From Salarchaeum sp. JOR-1 (lineage in GTDB: Archaea > Halobacteriota > Halobacteria > Halobacteriales > Halobacteriaceae), in contig NZ_CP042241.1 in assembly GCF_007833275.1 (NCBI RefSeq), forward strand, positions 2,303,490 through 2,343,489: DNA of 40,000 nucleotides. Direction: 5' to 3'. Position 1 is the first letter of the stretch. Every line of letters starts with the position of its first letter. Shown here one piece after another: positions 1 to 8,976 of the stretch. Both the position numbers and the translations under genes were made by a program. Under the pieces are notes generated by a model, which saw only the letters and a list, made by a program, of their open reading frames with translations, was not told the DNA's origin and did not search any database.

Positions 1-127
1 AAGGTTTACATTTCGACGCGTCCCAAAGTCGAGTGAGCGCACAGAGGCCAACTCTCTCAGCGGAAGACCGATACCTCGCTGTTTGGTGGGAGGTATCGAG
101 GAACAGTATGGCCGTTGTGTGCTGGGT

Positions 128-475
128 TTAGTCTACTTTCTCGTCGCCGTGGTGGTCCGCGTAGAGACGTGCAAACCGCTCCACGTTCTCGCCAAGGTAG
201 TCTGCAGCGTCGAAGACGTCGGTAACCGGGATGTCGAAGTCCTTCTTCCTCGGGTCAGTGCGGTAGTACTGGTCGAGGTGTATCTTCCCTTCTCGGTGCT
301 CTGTATTGTCGATTTTGGCGATGGTGATAACGGTCCCATCGGAGCGCTCGTAGAAGAGAAGGACTGCGAAGGTCTCCACATCATTGATGCTAGGGTCTGC
401 TCTGACCCCGATTTGATACTGTTTCCCGCGAAGTCGCGCCACTGAATAGTGGTAGGAGAATTCGTAGTCCGACAA
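128..475 (-). CDS. Small hypothetical protein, tentatively DUF6516/TumE-like; start uncertain
   Basis: The C-terminal ~115 codons of ORF 128..760 read as a coherent acidic protein (YEFSYHYS...KIDNTEHREGKIH...). The upstream part of the ORF crosses AT-rich intergenic DNA and the start of the divergent HTH gene, so it is unlikely to be coding. TTG at 475 is the nearest plausible start. The family guess comes only from a remembered motif pattern. Confidence 0.4.
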   Translation of the reverse strand: MSDYEFSYHYSVARLRGKQYQIGVRADPSINDVETFAVLLFYERSDGTVITIAKIDNTEHREGKIHLDQYYRTDPRKKDFDIPVTDVFDAADYLGENVERFARLYADHHGDEKVD

Positions 476-662
476 GAATATACCACCTCGTTGATAGATG
501 CTGAGAGATACTGTTCCTACTAGAAATATGAACTCGATGGACTTAAATGTTTTGGTTGTATATATTGCAATGAAGCTATTTGTGGGCGTATAGATACGCT
601 GAACTCCTACCACCACACTTTTGGTGTTGAGGTCTGTACTCAATAGTAAGAGGTGAGAGAAG

Positions 663-1019
663 ATGGCCAAAACTGAATGGACGCAAGAACCGCCTGACGA
701 CACTGAAAAACGACGAGAACGCCGCAAGGAGTTTGCTCGAGCTCTCGCGAAGGGCGGCATGCCTGGCGTCCAGGTACTCAGCTACGAAGAGGCCACCCAC
801 GTCCTCACACCGAAACGCCGCCAAATTATCGAGACCCTGAAGCAGAATAACGTCGCCAGCGTCAGCGAACTTGCCCGATCGCTCAACCGCGACAAAGGCC
901 AGGTCAGCCGCGACCTCAAAACCCTTGCCGAGCACGGTATCATCCGCTACGACGAAAGTGACCGCGCAAAGGCACCCTACCTGACTCAGCGCCACATCGT
1001 CGTCGAACCCATCGTCTGA
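663..1019 (+). CDS. Winged-helix DNA-binding protein (MarR/ArsR-like, HVO_A0114/TumA-like family)
   Basis: 118-aa ORF with an ATG start. The segment LTPKRRQIIETLKQNNVASVSELARSLNRDKGQVSRDLKTLAEHGII is a classic wHTH. An AT-rich promoter region lies upstream. Confidence 0.75.
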   Translation: MAKTEWTQEPPDDTEKRRERRKEFARALAKGGMPGVQVLSYEEATHVLTPKRRQIIETLKQNNVASVSELARSLNRDKGQVSRDLKTLAEHGIIRYDESDRAKAPYLTQRHIVVEPIV

Positions 1020-1046
1020 TATCGATCTTGCCTCTCCGGACGTTCC

Positions 1047-1063
1047 AACCCCGTAGGGGTTGA
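1047..1063. terminator. Perfect 7-bp stem hairpin (caacccc-gta-ggggttg) just after the HTH gene
   Basis: The inverted repeat is read directly from the sequence, 28 nt downstream of the stop at 1019. It could be a terminator-like structure or part of the left flank of the IS. Confidence 0.3.
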
Positions 1064-1186
1064 AACCACCCACCCGTTCATCCCGAGGAAGCAGGTTCTG
1101 AATACGGACCAGATGGGTTGCAGGCCATCAAAACACCGCTCCAGAATCAAACACACCGACTTATACGCGGAGCAGGCGCAATACCA

Positions 1187-2680
1187 CGGCCTTCAGGCCG
1201 TGGATACGCGCTGTCACTCAGTGCCTGTTCTACCGACTTCGACAGGGCCGGATATTCCACGCTACCAAACGCCAACTTTTACAAGTGGATCGAGTATAAG
1301 GGATTATACGCGCGTTCCAAATGCTGGACATCCACCACACCCATCAAGCGAAAATCTGCAACCACTCACAGGTGGTGGACCCGCTCGACTGGCACGGGTG
1401 GAGTGCCAGCAAACTCTGGAACGTCGCTAACTACCACTCCCGCCAAGTCTGGGAGGAAACCGGAGAGATTCCCGACCATGAGGAGCTGAAACACGAGTTG
1501 AAAGGCCATTCAAAATACAAGGGACTCCATTCGCAGTCCAGTCAGCGCGTTCTGGAGGAACTCGCTGAAGCCTTCAACTCCTGGTACTCCAGCGACGACG
1601 ACCGGGATAACCCGCCCGGCTACCGCAAAGAAAATTACTACGACCAACAAGGTCGCCGCGTCCATGAAGAACACCCGCGCTCAACCGTAACGTGGAAGCA
1701 AAACGGCATCAAGCACGACACCAAAAACAACCGTGTTCGGCTCTCAAAGGGTGCAAACCACAAGGAATACCCGCGAGCGAGGGAATACATCCTTGTCGAG
1801 TACGAGACACGGCCCGATGTCGAGGTTGAGAACCTGCAACAAGTCAGGGCCGTCTACGACCAGTCAAAAGAACGGTGGGAACTGCATCTCGTCTGCAAAG
1901 ACGAAATCGAGACGCCCACCGCACCCGGCACCGAGACAGCGGGTATCGACCTCGGCATCAGCAACTTCGCCGCTGTCGCCTACAGCACTGACGAAGCAGA
2001 CTTGTACCCCGGCAACCGACTGAAACAGGACGGCTACTATTTCCCGAAAGAAATCGCCAACTGCGAGGATTCGAGCGGTGAGCGAGCGACTCGCTTACAC
2101 AAGAAGTGGTCGGAGCGCCGCACCCACTTCTTCCACTCCTTAGCGAAACACATCGTTGAGCAGTGTATCGAGAAGAGGGTTGGTCGGATCAACGTCGGTG
2201 ACTTGGAGGGGGTCCGCGAGGACGAGACCGGCGAGTCGAAGGACTGGGGGCGGCATGGAAATCTCGACTTGCACGGGTGGGCGTTCGACCGCTTTACCGA
2301 CATCCTCGAATACAAGGCGAAAGTCGAGGGGATCGAAGTCGTGGAAGTGTCCGAGCGTGACACGAGCAAGACGTGTTGTGTGTGCGGTCGGGAAGACGAG
2401 AGTCAACGCGTCGAGCGTGGGTTGTACGCCTGCGAGGCGTGTGACGCGGCGTTCAACGCTGACGTGAACGGGGCGGAAAACATCCGTCTCGACATCAACG
2501 ACACAAAAAGTAACTCCGAGTCTGCACCCAGTTTGGGTGGGGATAGGAGTACCGGCTGGTTGGCACAGCCCGGAGTCTACCTGTATGACCTCTCTTGCGG
2601 ATTCCAACCGCAACGAGCGGTGGTAGACTGCAAACCCTAATATCCCAACCCCGGGATTCCTCCGCCTTCAGGCGGAGGAG
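1187..2680 (+). mobile_element. IS200/IS605-family element carrying only tnpB (IS1341-type); ends approximate
   Basis: The tnpB ORF is flanked by two GC hairpins with the same CCTTCAGG core: cggccTTCAggccg at 1187-1200 and cctccgccTTCAggcggagg at 2659-2678. This is as expected for subterminal palindromes of this family. No Y1 (HUH) tnpA is present. Confidence 0.65.
1321..2640 (+). CDS. tnpB: RNA-guided endonuclease TnpB (IS200/IS605 OrfB family)
   Basis: 439 aa. RuvC motifs are present: TAGIDLGISNFA and the C-terminal FNADVNGAENI. A zinc ribbon is present: CCVCG...CEAC. The N-terminal NHSQV...SASKLWNVANYH segment is typical of haloarchaeal TnpB. An in-frame stop lies 8 codons upstream of the ATG. 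Confidence 0.93.
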   Translation: MLDIHHTHQAKICNHSQVVDPLDWHGWSASKLWNVANYHSRQVWEETGEIPDHEELKHELKGHSKYKGLHSQSSQRVLEELAEAFNSWYSSDDDRDNPPGYRKENYYDQQGRRVHEEHPRSTVTWKQNGIKHDTKNNRVRLSKGANHKEYPRAREYILVEYETRPDVEVENLQQVRAVYDQSKERWELHLVCKDEIETPTAPGTETAGIDLGISNFAAVAYSTDEADLYPGNRLKQDGYYFPKEIANCEDSSGERATRLHKKWSERRTHFFHSLAKHIVEQCIEKRVGRINVGDLEGVREDETGESKDWGRHGNLDLHGWAFDRFTDILEYKAKVEGIEVVEVSERDTSKTCCVCGREDESQRVERGLYACEACDAAFNADVNGAENIRLDINDTKSNSESAPSLGGDRSTGWLAQPGVYLYDLSCGFQPQRAVVDCKP

Positions 2681-2700
2681 GATGTCAACCGCCCTGTTGT
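2500..2700 (+). ncRNA. Putative TnpB-associated omega/right-end RNA (sense-overlapping transcript); bounds are guesses
   Basis: In this IS family the guide RNA scaffold overlaps the tnpB 3' end and the right end. A strong 8-bp hairpin lies at 2659-2678, immediately after the stop codon. No transcript data are available. Confidence 0.35.
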
Positions 2701-2834
2701 CGCGGTTACTGGGACGGCTGAGACCGCCGATTGCAGACAGTGGTCAAGTAGGCAGAAGGCTACTGCCCGCGTCAAGTCGTGCCGCTGGGTGCCAGCCCGA
2801 AGAATCGGGTGGCAGGTAGTTGCTGTGCCGCGTG

Positions 2835-3506
2835 CTACTCGTTGAGTTGTTGGAGGGCGGTGTGGAGGGTGTCGCGAGCGGTCCGGATGTTCCCGGCGAC
2901 CTCACGATTGAGGTTGGTGGTGGGGATGGTGGTGAGGAGTGTGTGCACCGCGGTCAGCCGCACGCGCACCGCATGCCGTGACGGGTCAGCGCCCGCACCA
3001 CCCGCTTCGTCACCGGGGGTGTCCTCCCCGGGGGTGTCGTGGGTGAAGTGTGCGAGGACGTGTCGCTGTCGGTCGCTGAGGTCTAACTCGGCGATGGTCT
3101 CGTCGACACCCCACGACGTGCTCGTCTCACTGGTGGCCGCGTTGTTGGAGTCGTGTTGTGTGGTCGTGCGGTGATCCGGGTTGCGGGTTGTCCTGGTGAG
3201 GGGGGTGTTGGTGGTGAGGTGCCAGCGGTAGGCGTTGGCGGTGGTGGCGGCGAGGGCGAACCGGGACTCCGCACTGGTGCGGTCCGCTTGGGCGGCGTAC
3301 CGATCAAGAACCGCCTGCACGCTGAGACCGTACGCGCTCTGACTGTCCGCGGTCTCCTGGCTGTCACGATCGGCGGTCGTGTACCGCTGCACCCGGTCGT
3401 CACTGGGGTCGGTGTCGTCGAGTGGACGGCGGGCTTCGAGTTCGCCGGCATCGGTAATCACCAACGAGTACCCACTGTCACCATCAACCGTAACAACGGT
3501 GGTCAC
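2835..3506 (-). CDS. Hypothetical acidic, Thr-rich protein
   Basis: 223-aa ORF. Its ATG overlaps the upstream gene's stop in a 4-nt ATGA, indicating an operon. Composition is haloarchaeal. No motif was recognised. Confidence 0.6.
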   Translation of the reverse strand: MTTVVTVDGDSGYSLVITDAGELEARRPLDDTDPSDDRVQRYTTADRDSQETADSQSAYGLSVQAVLDRYAAQADRTSAESRFALAATTANAYRWHLTTNTPLTRTTRNPDHRTTTQHDSNNAATSETSTSWGVDETIAELDLSDRQRHVLAHFTHDTPGEDTPGDEAGGAGADPSRHAVRVRLTAVHTLLTTIPTTNLNREVAGNIRTARDTLHTALQQLNE

Positions 3507-3961
3507 GCCGCATCACCGTCCATTGGGGTTGCGGACTTTGAGGTGTTACAGAGGGTTTCGACGAGGGCCAACACGGTGGCCACGGTCGCTGTCGTGGGTG
3601 TTGTGGTGATGCCCTCTTCGGTGCGGGTGATGACGTTTGCGGCCTCGAGTTTGTCGAGATGCAGCTGGTAGAGGCCGACGTACACGCTCCGGCGGTCGTC
3701 ACCCGAGACGTTCTCCGGCGCCGTGTCCGTGAGACACGCCGTCACCTCGGTCGCCAACTCACGAGCAGTAATCGTCTCGTCCGTGTCGAGGTTCGCGGCG
3801 AGATACCGGATGACGGCGCGCCGATGCGCTGACGTGTACAGCGCAAAGATCTCACTGGCCGACTGGTCGATCGCGGCAAGCGCCGCGGGATCAATACACC
3901 TGTCCGTATCCGGAGAGACAACGTTTTGCCACTCCGGACGACTAGACTCATTCGCTGTCAT
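3503..3961 (-). CDS. Winged-helix regulator of the haloarchaeal DUF7344 type
   Basis: The segment FALYTSAHRRAVIRYLA...ITARELATEV...VYVGLYQLHLDKLEAANVI matches the pattern also seen in ORF 29866..30225. I place the start at the internal ATG 3961. A TTTTTATA box on the minus strand at about 4046-4054 puts the transcription start downstream of the ORF-track start at 4033. Confidence 0.65.
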   Translation of the reverse strand: MTANESSRPEWQNVVSPDTDRCIDPAALAAIDQSASEIFALYTSAHRRAVIRYLAANLDTDETITARELATEVTACLTDTAPENVSGDDRRSVYVGLYQLHLDKLEAANVITRTEEGITTTPTTATVATVLALVETLCNTSKSATPMDGDAA

Positions 3962-4282
3962 ATCTCTGGCAGCACGGGGCAACGGTGCCCTCAGCACCGG
4001 GCCCTTCGTTAGCGAGGCCGCCCGTGCTACCAACCCGTAATACCTGGGTATAAAAATAAGCAGGGAATCTAGGCCGGCAACTCGTTCGCCTGCCCCACTG
4101 CTACCACGCCGACAGCGGTAACTCGGCTGGCTACAGGGACACTCTGGCTTTGTTGAAATCCGCAGCGGCGTACAGGACAGTTGGTCGAATCGGTTAGTAC
4201 AGGTGAACTAGTGAGCGCTCCGATCAGGTAATTCGGGTACCGAGGAAAGCGACTAGTTCGACAGGTTGAGTCAGGGGGTTGT

Positions 4283-4827
4283 TTAGTGGGAAGTGGTGAT
4301 TTCTGGTTCGTAACCGGCCTCTCGGGCTGCAGTGATGATGGTTTCTGCAATATCGTCTTTCGCATCATTGTAGGCAGAAGTATCGTCGGGATGTACTGCC
4401 GCAGCGTGCCGCTTGGCTGTTGCGTACGCGTCTCGCGCGTGGGGGTGGTCACGGAGATAATCACGGAAAACCAGAGTCCGTTCCAGTCGTGTCGAGCCAA
4501 CCGGGTGAAAGTGTGCATTGAACTGTTGGTCGAGACCCTCGTCGAAGCGTTCAAAGGCGAGCCAGTTCTCGCGATCGGCGTTAAACTGATAGCCGAGGTC
4601 CAGCATTGCCGACTTACAGTCGCGTGCAGTAGCCATATCGGGGACTACTGGACAAATGTCGATGATGGGTTTTGCGGCGAGGCCGGGAACGCTTGTACTC
4701 CCGAAATGTTCAATTGAGTGGGTTTGCTCCCCGATTTTTGTTCGAGGCGATCGCGTTCACCCTCGAACCGGGACGGCCATTCGTCACGATACCCCCATAT
4801 CTCGATTGGAGTGTGGTACTCAGCCAT
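4283..4827 (-). pseudogene. grpB: grpB-family gene disrupted by a single frameshift
   Basis: ORF 4645..4827 encodes the GrpB N-terminus (IEIWGYRDEWPSRFEGERDRLEQK). A second frame encodes IGEQTHSIEHFGSTSVPGLAAKPIIDI, which runs into ORF 4283..4636. Adding one base to the T5 run at 4735-4739 fuses both frames into a protein of about 180 aa. Confidence 0.75.
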
Positions 4828-5515
4828 ACCTTCGCTAGCAACTCACTGAGGAAAGTAATTTTCGTGAAGTCATGTACACCAGAGTGAGAGTGTTAGTAAT
4901 TCTTCGCATATACCCGTACAAACTGAGCCATACGCACACCCACACACACACCTACCTAACGGCTATTTCGCCGCGAGTAATATCTGACTAATAAGAATTC
5001 AACAAATCCGAAAATCTGCAAGACAGCGGCCGGCCGTGATACAGTATAACGACCACATCTCTACCGAATTCCCCCTGAGTTATCCACAATTAGCAGCCCT
5101 TGCTGTATTTCTAGAGCGCGACATAGACTAACGGACTCAAGATGACTACGGTACTTGTGCTGGATTGTCAATGAGTGGTCTCGGCTGTCCGCGGGAGTGG
5201 GATGGCGACAGGAGATCGTAATCAGGGCCTGTTCGCGTCTCCCACCCCACTGTGTCGAATGCTCCGCGCCCCGGCCAAGTATCCATATTGCCGGTCCAGC
5301 CTCTGCGCTCCCACACCCCACCGTGTCGAGTGTTCTCCAGCAATCCAGCCCCTACCCAATGTACCGACACCCTGTATATTGTGGTTTCGGTGACTAAGAC
5401 AGTGGTTTAGTCGTGTTCTTCGTGAATGACTATCTTTGGAAGCCATCTCGATTTTCATCCGACGCATTAGACGCGGTGGTTTTATGCGGTAGGAGACACG
5501 ACCTGTGAGTAACTG
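4828..5515. other. Candidate replication-origin region upstream of orc1/cdc6
   Basis: A 688-bp non-coding gap contains an AT-richer stretch at about 4860-5060. It also carries three ORB-like repeats next to the initiator gene. Confidence 0.5.
5241..5370 (-). repeat. Three ORB-like (origin recognition box) repeats with G-strings, minus orientation
   Basis: Read as reverse complements: 5241-5262 is gcattcgacacagtggggtggg; 5310-5335 is gaacactcgacacggtggggtgtggg; 5350-5370 is a degenerate copy, gtgtcggtacattgggtaggg. Confidence 0.55.
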
Positions 5516-6736
5516 ATGGCGACCTTCACGCGGGACACCCACATCTTCCAGGACGAAGATATGTTGCGCGACGACTATCAACCAGAGACAATTACAGCAC
5601 GCGAGTCAGAGCTGGACGCCTACCAGACCGCACTCCAACCAGTCATCAACGGCGCCCAACCACGAAACATCTTCCTCTACGGCAAAACCGGCGTTGGCAA
5701 AACAGCAGTCTCCCGCTATATTCTCGAGCAACTCCAACAGGACACCCAACAGTATGACGACGTCACCCTATCTGTTTTCTGGTTGAACTGTACGAACCTC
5801 TCCTCATCCTATCAGGTTGCCGTCAACCTCGTCAATACACTCCGACCAAACGATGAGCAAATCAGCACGACGGGCTATCCCCAACAACGCGTCTTCGATC
5901 TGCTGTACACCGAGCTTGATGCAATCGGCGGCACCATCCTCATTGTCCTCGATGAGATTGATCACATTGGTACGGACGACGAAATCCTCTACGAGATTCC
6001 ACGCGCCCGCTCAAACGACTACCTCACCACCACTAAACCCGGTGTCATCGGCATCAGCAACGACTTCAGCTTTCGCGACAACCTCTCGCCAAAAGTCAAA
6101 GACACCCTTTGTGAAGAAGAAATCCACTTCTCCCCATACACCGCGCCCGAACTCGAAGCTATTCTTGAACGCCGTGCGGAAGGCGCCCTCTACGAGGACG
6201 CGACTGAATCCGGGGTGCTCTCGTTGTGTGCGGCACTCGCCGCCCAAGACTCGGGCAGCGCACGCCAAACCCTCGACTTGCTATATCAGGCCGGTGAACT
6301 GGCTCGGGCCGCCGACCGCACACAGATCACCGAAGACGACGTCTACGCCGCCCGTAACAAACTCGAACGCAGCCAAATCGAACAAGGCATGCGAGAACTC
6401 ACCCGCCACGGCCATCTCTCGTTAGTTGCTGTCCTCCAACTTGCCCTCGATTCGAACGCCCCGTTCCGCGTTCGAGATATCTACCCAGCGTATCGAACAA
6501 TCGCCGAACAATCAGAGATCGATCCATTAGTCCGGCGACGAATGCACGACCACCTCGCCGACCTCGCCATGCTCGGCATCCTCGATCGGCAGTCCCGCAA
6601 TGAGGGCCGGTCTGGTGGTCAATACTACGAATACGAATTCGCCGTCGACCTTGACCTCGTTGCGACGGTCGTCACTGACTTCGACGGTATCACCCTGCCA
6701 CAGCGCGTTCGGAACGTGACACAGTCTGTCGAGTGA
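5516..6736 (+). CDS. orc1: Orc1/Cdc6 replication initiator (AAA+ plus C-terminal winged helix)
   Basis: 406 aa. Walker A is GKTGVGKT and Walker B is LIVLDEID. The sensor region reads [14 protein letters not shown]. The C-terminal wH region is present. Confidence 0.95.
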   Translation: MATFTRDTHIFQDEDMLRDDYQPETITARESELDAYQTALQPVINGAQPRNIFLYGKTGVGKTAVSRYILEQLQQDTQQYDDVTLSVFWLNCTNLSSSYQVAVNLVNTLRPNDEQISTTGYPQQRVFDLLYTELDAIGGTILIVLDEIDHIGTDDEILYEIPRARSNDYLTTTKPGVIGISNDFSFRDNLSPKVKDTLCEEEIHFSPYTAPELEAILERRAEGALYEDATESGVLSLCAALAAQDSGSARQTLDLLYQAGELARAADRTQITEDDVYAARNKLERSQIEQGMRELTRHGHLSLVAVLQLALDSNAPFRVRDIYPAYRTIAEQSEIDPLVRRRMHDHLADLAMLGILDRQSRNEGRSGGQYYEYEFAVDLDLVATVVTDFDGITLPQRVRNVTQSVE

Positions 6737-6790
6737 CGAGATTGTCGCACACGGAAGGAAGGGCGGGGCTGACTGCTCGCTGCATCAAGA

Positions 6791-6941
6791 GCATTCGACA
6801 TCGTGGGGTGGGAGAGAACGCCCACGCCACCACCTCTCAATACCCCACCAGTAGCCTGCCGGTTCAACTGGGTGGCTCGGTCCGAAGAACATTCGACACA
6901 GTGGGGGGACTCTGTTCACCCAACCATTCGACACAGTCGAG
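6791..6941 (+). repeat. Three ORB-like repeats downstream of orc1, plus orientation
   Basis: 6791-6812 is gcattcgacatcgtggggtggg, a 20/22 match to the inverted copy at 5241-5262. 6887-6908 is gaacattcgacacagtgggggg. 6925-6941 is cattcgacacagtcgag, a half-site without a G-string. Confidence 0.55.
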
Positions 6942-7033
6942 TCTGAAAAAAGAGTACCCTGGCAACACAGGACCTATGTAATAACCTCTGACGGTCGATC
7001 CGCCAACCGTCTGATCTACCTTGACGGATATTA

Positions 7034-7987
7034 CTATGCGGAAGTGACCGCGTCGATGACGATTTCGGGGTCATGCATGAGGTGATGTTCGAGGTAGCTG
7101 CCTTCACCCATCCCGCCGCCGGTATGATTGGCTTCAGTGATGCCGAGGAAGGCTTGTTCTTTCAGCAGGCGGTAGACGCGGTCTTCTGAAAGGGGGTTGC
7201 TGCCTTCCTGGTCGGCAATTGTTGTGTACGCGGTGTAGATGCGGTGGGTGCGGAAGGCCTGATCCTGTGGGTTTTCTTGTGTGAGAAGAGCTAATGCGTG
7301 AAGGATGAATTTGACATGTGGTGTCGTGCCACTGACGAGGCGTTCGAAGCGATTTACCGCCGCATGGTGGACGGCGTCGGTCACGTGGTCGATGGTGACG
7401 GTGTCGTCGCCGCGTTTTTCGGCGAGACAGCCCGCCTCATACAATGTGTCAACAGCTTTGCGAGCATCCCCATGTTCTTTCGCGGCCAGCGCCGCGATCT
7501 TCGGGATGACACCGGACGCGAGCACGCCGTCTGCGAAGGCGTCGGTCCGATGGTTGAGAATGGCCTGGATTTGCGGGGCATCGTAGGGATCGAAGACGAG
7601 TTCGTTATCCTGAAGACTGGAGGCGAGGCGTTCGTTGATGCGGTCGCGGTAGGCGATTTTGTTACTGATACAGATGGCGCCGATATGGGTGTTGGATTTG
7701 CCGCTTTCACGTGCGCGAGTGAGACTGCGGAGCAGGGCATCGCCATCGAGTTTGTCAACTTCATCGAGAATGACGACGCAGGCATCGACGTTGTGGGTAG
7801 CGAGGAGTTCCCAGGTGAGATCCCAGTAGTCGGCCGCACCGATGCCCACGCGAGGAATGTCGCGGTCAGCGTCAAGGCGTGTGGCGAATTCACGGGCCAT
7901 TTCCCGGCTCGCCTTGGCTTCTGATTGATAGTCCGAACAGTCAATGTAGGCAAACCAGTTGTTGCAAGTACGATTTTCTTTATTCAT
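7034..7987 (-). pseudogene. 5'-truncated orc1/cdc6 paralogue lacking the Walker A region
   Basis: The 317-aa ORF starts at a position equivalent to about residue 85 of the neighbouring Orc1 (FAYIDC aligns with VFWLNC). It keeps Walker B (VVILDEVD), the sensor (GDARKAVDTLYEAG) and the wH domain. Only 54 bp separate it from the upstream RAMP gene, so the missing N-terminus is not present nearby. Confidence 0.8.
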
Positions 7988-8041
7988 TTGAACCCGTGAG
8001 TTTAACCCGGCGGGTTCAACCGGGTATTATCAGCGAGCGTA

Positions 8042-8959
8042 CTAGACTTTTGCGGAGTTTTCTATCACCTCCTCGGTAAATTCGTCGTCGGGTCGGGCTT
8101 CGACCGGCTTCACACGGAGTTCCCCGAAGCCGTACTTCGAGTGGGAACCGACCCGCGTGATGGCGTTCTTCGCCGTCTCGACCGGCCGGTCGCCCGTGTA
8201 GCCGACAACCTGTCCGTGGTCGATGGTCTCGCACCGGAACACGTCGCCGCCCTCGACGATCTTCTCCTCGCGGTGGCGCAGCTGGGACTCGTCGTCGACG
8301 CTCCACCACCACGGCACGTCCACGTCGTTCGTCGCCGGGTACTCCGACCGAAGGACGTACGGCGTGACGACCTCGAGGAGGTACGCCTCGGCGTCCCGAA
8401 GCCGGGAGTAGTCGAGCGCCTCGAGGTCGACCGTCTGCGTGTCCTTTAGCCGGGTCATTCCGTAGCCGTAGTTCCGCTGGCCACCGAACTGGAGTCCATC
8501 AAGCACGTCCTCGCCCAGCGGTAGCACGTCCGGGTCGTCGGCGTGGAGGTAGGCGTGGACGTACCACTTCGTCGTCTGGGCGTCCTTCCGGTAGTCGTCC
8601 GGGCGCCCCATGATGGTCTCGTGCGCCAGCGCCGGCTGTCGGTGCTGGGTGCGGATCGGGTGGACGTTCAGGGCGTCCCGCGGCCGGGAGTCGAGCAGCC
8701 ACGAGTGCGAGGGGTCGCGGAACAGGAACAGGTCGTCGTAGGCGTTCACGTCCGCCAGCGACGACCCGAGGTACGGCTTGATGCCGCCCTTCGAGTGTTC
8801 CTCGGGGAACGTCCCGAACTGGCCGGGGACGAACATCCCGTGACTCGCGTTGATCGACTGCGCCGTGTCGGGCGCGAGGTGCTGGCCGAACGCGTGGTAG
8901 ATGGCGTTGCCCGTGACGTAGTACGGGTGGCCGAGGTAGTCCATCTCCATCTCCCACAT
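8042..8959 (-). CDS. RAMP-superfamily protein with two glycine-rich loops (Cas5-like, HRAMP-type)
   Basis: Two RAMP G-loops are present: QFGGQRNYGYGMTRL and VGSHSKYGFGELRV. The start is placed at ATG 8959 (MWEMEMDY...), 17 nt after the upstream stop. The ORF-track extension to 9142 is Arg-rich overlap with the upstream gene. Confidence 0.65.
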   Translation of the reverse strand: MWEMEMDYLGHPYYVTGNAIYHAFGQHLAPDTAQSINASHGMFVPGQFGTFPEEHSKGGIKPYLGSSLADVNAYDDLFLFRDPSHSWLLDSRPRDALNVHPIRTQHRQPALAHETIMGRPDDYRKDAQTTKWYVHAYLHADDPDVLPLGEDVLDGLQFGGQRNYGYGMTRLKDTQTVDLEALDYSRLRDAEAYLLEVVTPYVLRSEYPATNDVDVPWWWSVDDESQLRHREEKIVEGGDVFRCETIDHGQVVGYTGDRPVETAKNAITRVGSHSKYGFGELRVKPVEARPDDEFTEEVIENSAKV

Positions 8960-8976
8960 CACTTGCTGGATGCGCG

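Noticed and set aside
1113-1489. ORFs 1113..1430 and 1118..1489 upstream of tnpB as a possible tnpA
   Set aside because: They have no HUH/Y1 transposase motifs, their composition is basic and Ser/Thr/Pro-rich, and they overlap the tnpB start. I consider them non-coding left-end sequence.
4935-4956. CA-rich low-complexity run (cacacccacacacacacctacc)
   Set aside because: It is a single short tract that is not repeated elsewhere. It may simply be part of the origin-proximal intergenic region.
5061-5581. Several 70-120-aa ORFs in the orc1 upstream region
   Set aside because: They overlap one another on both strands in the ORB-containing intergenic region, have no coding-like composition, and are best explained as non-coding origin DNA.
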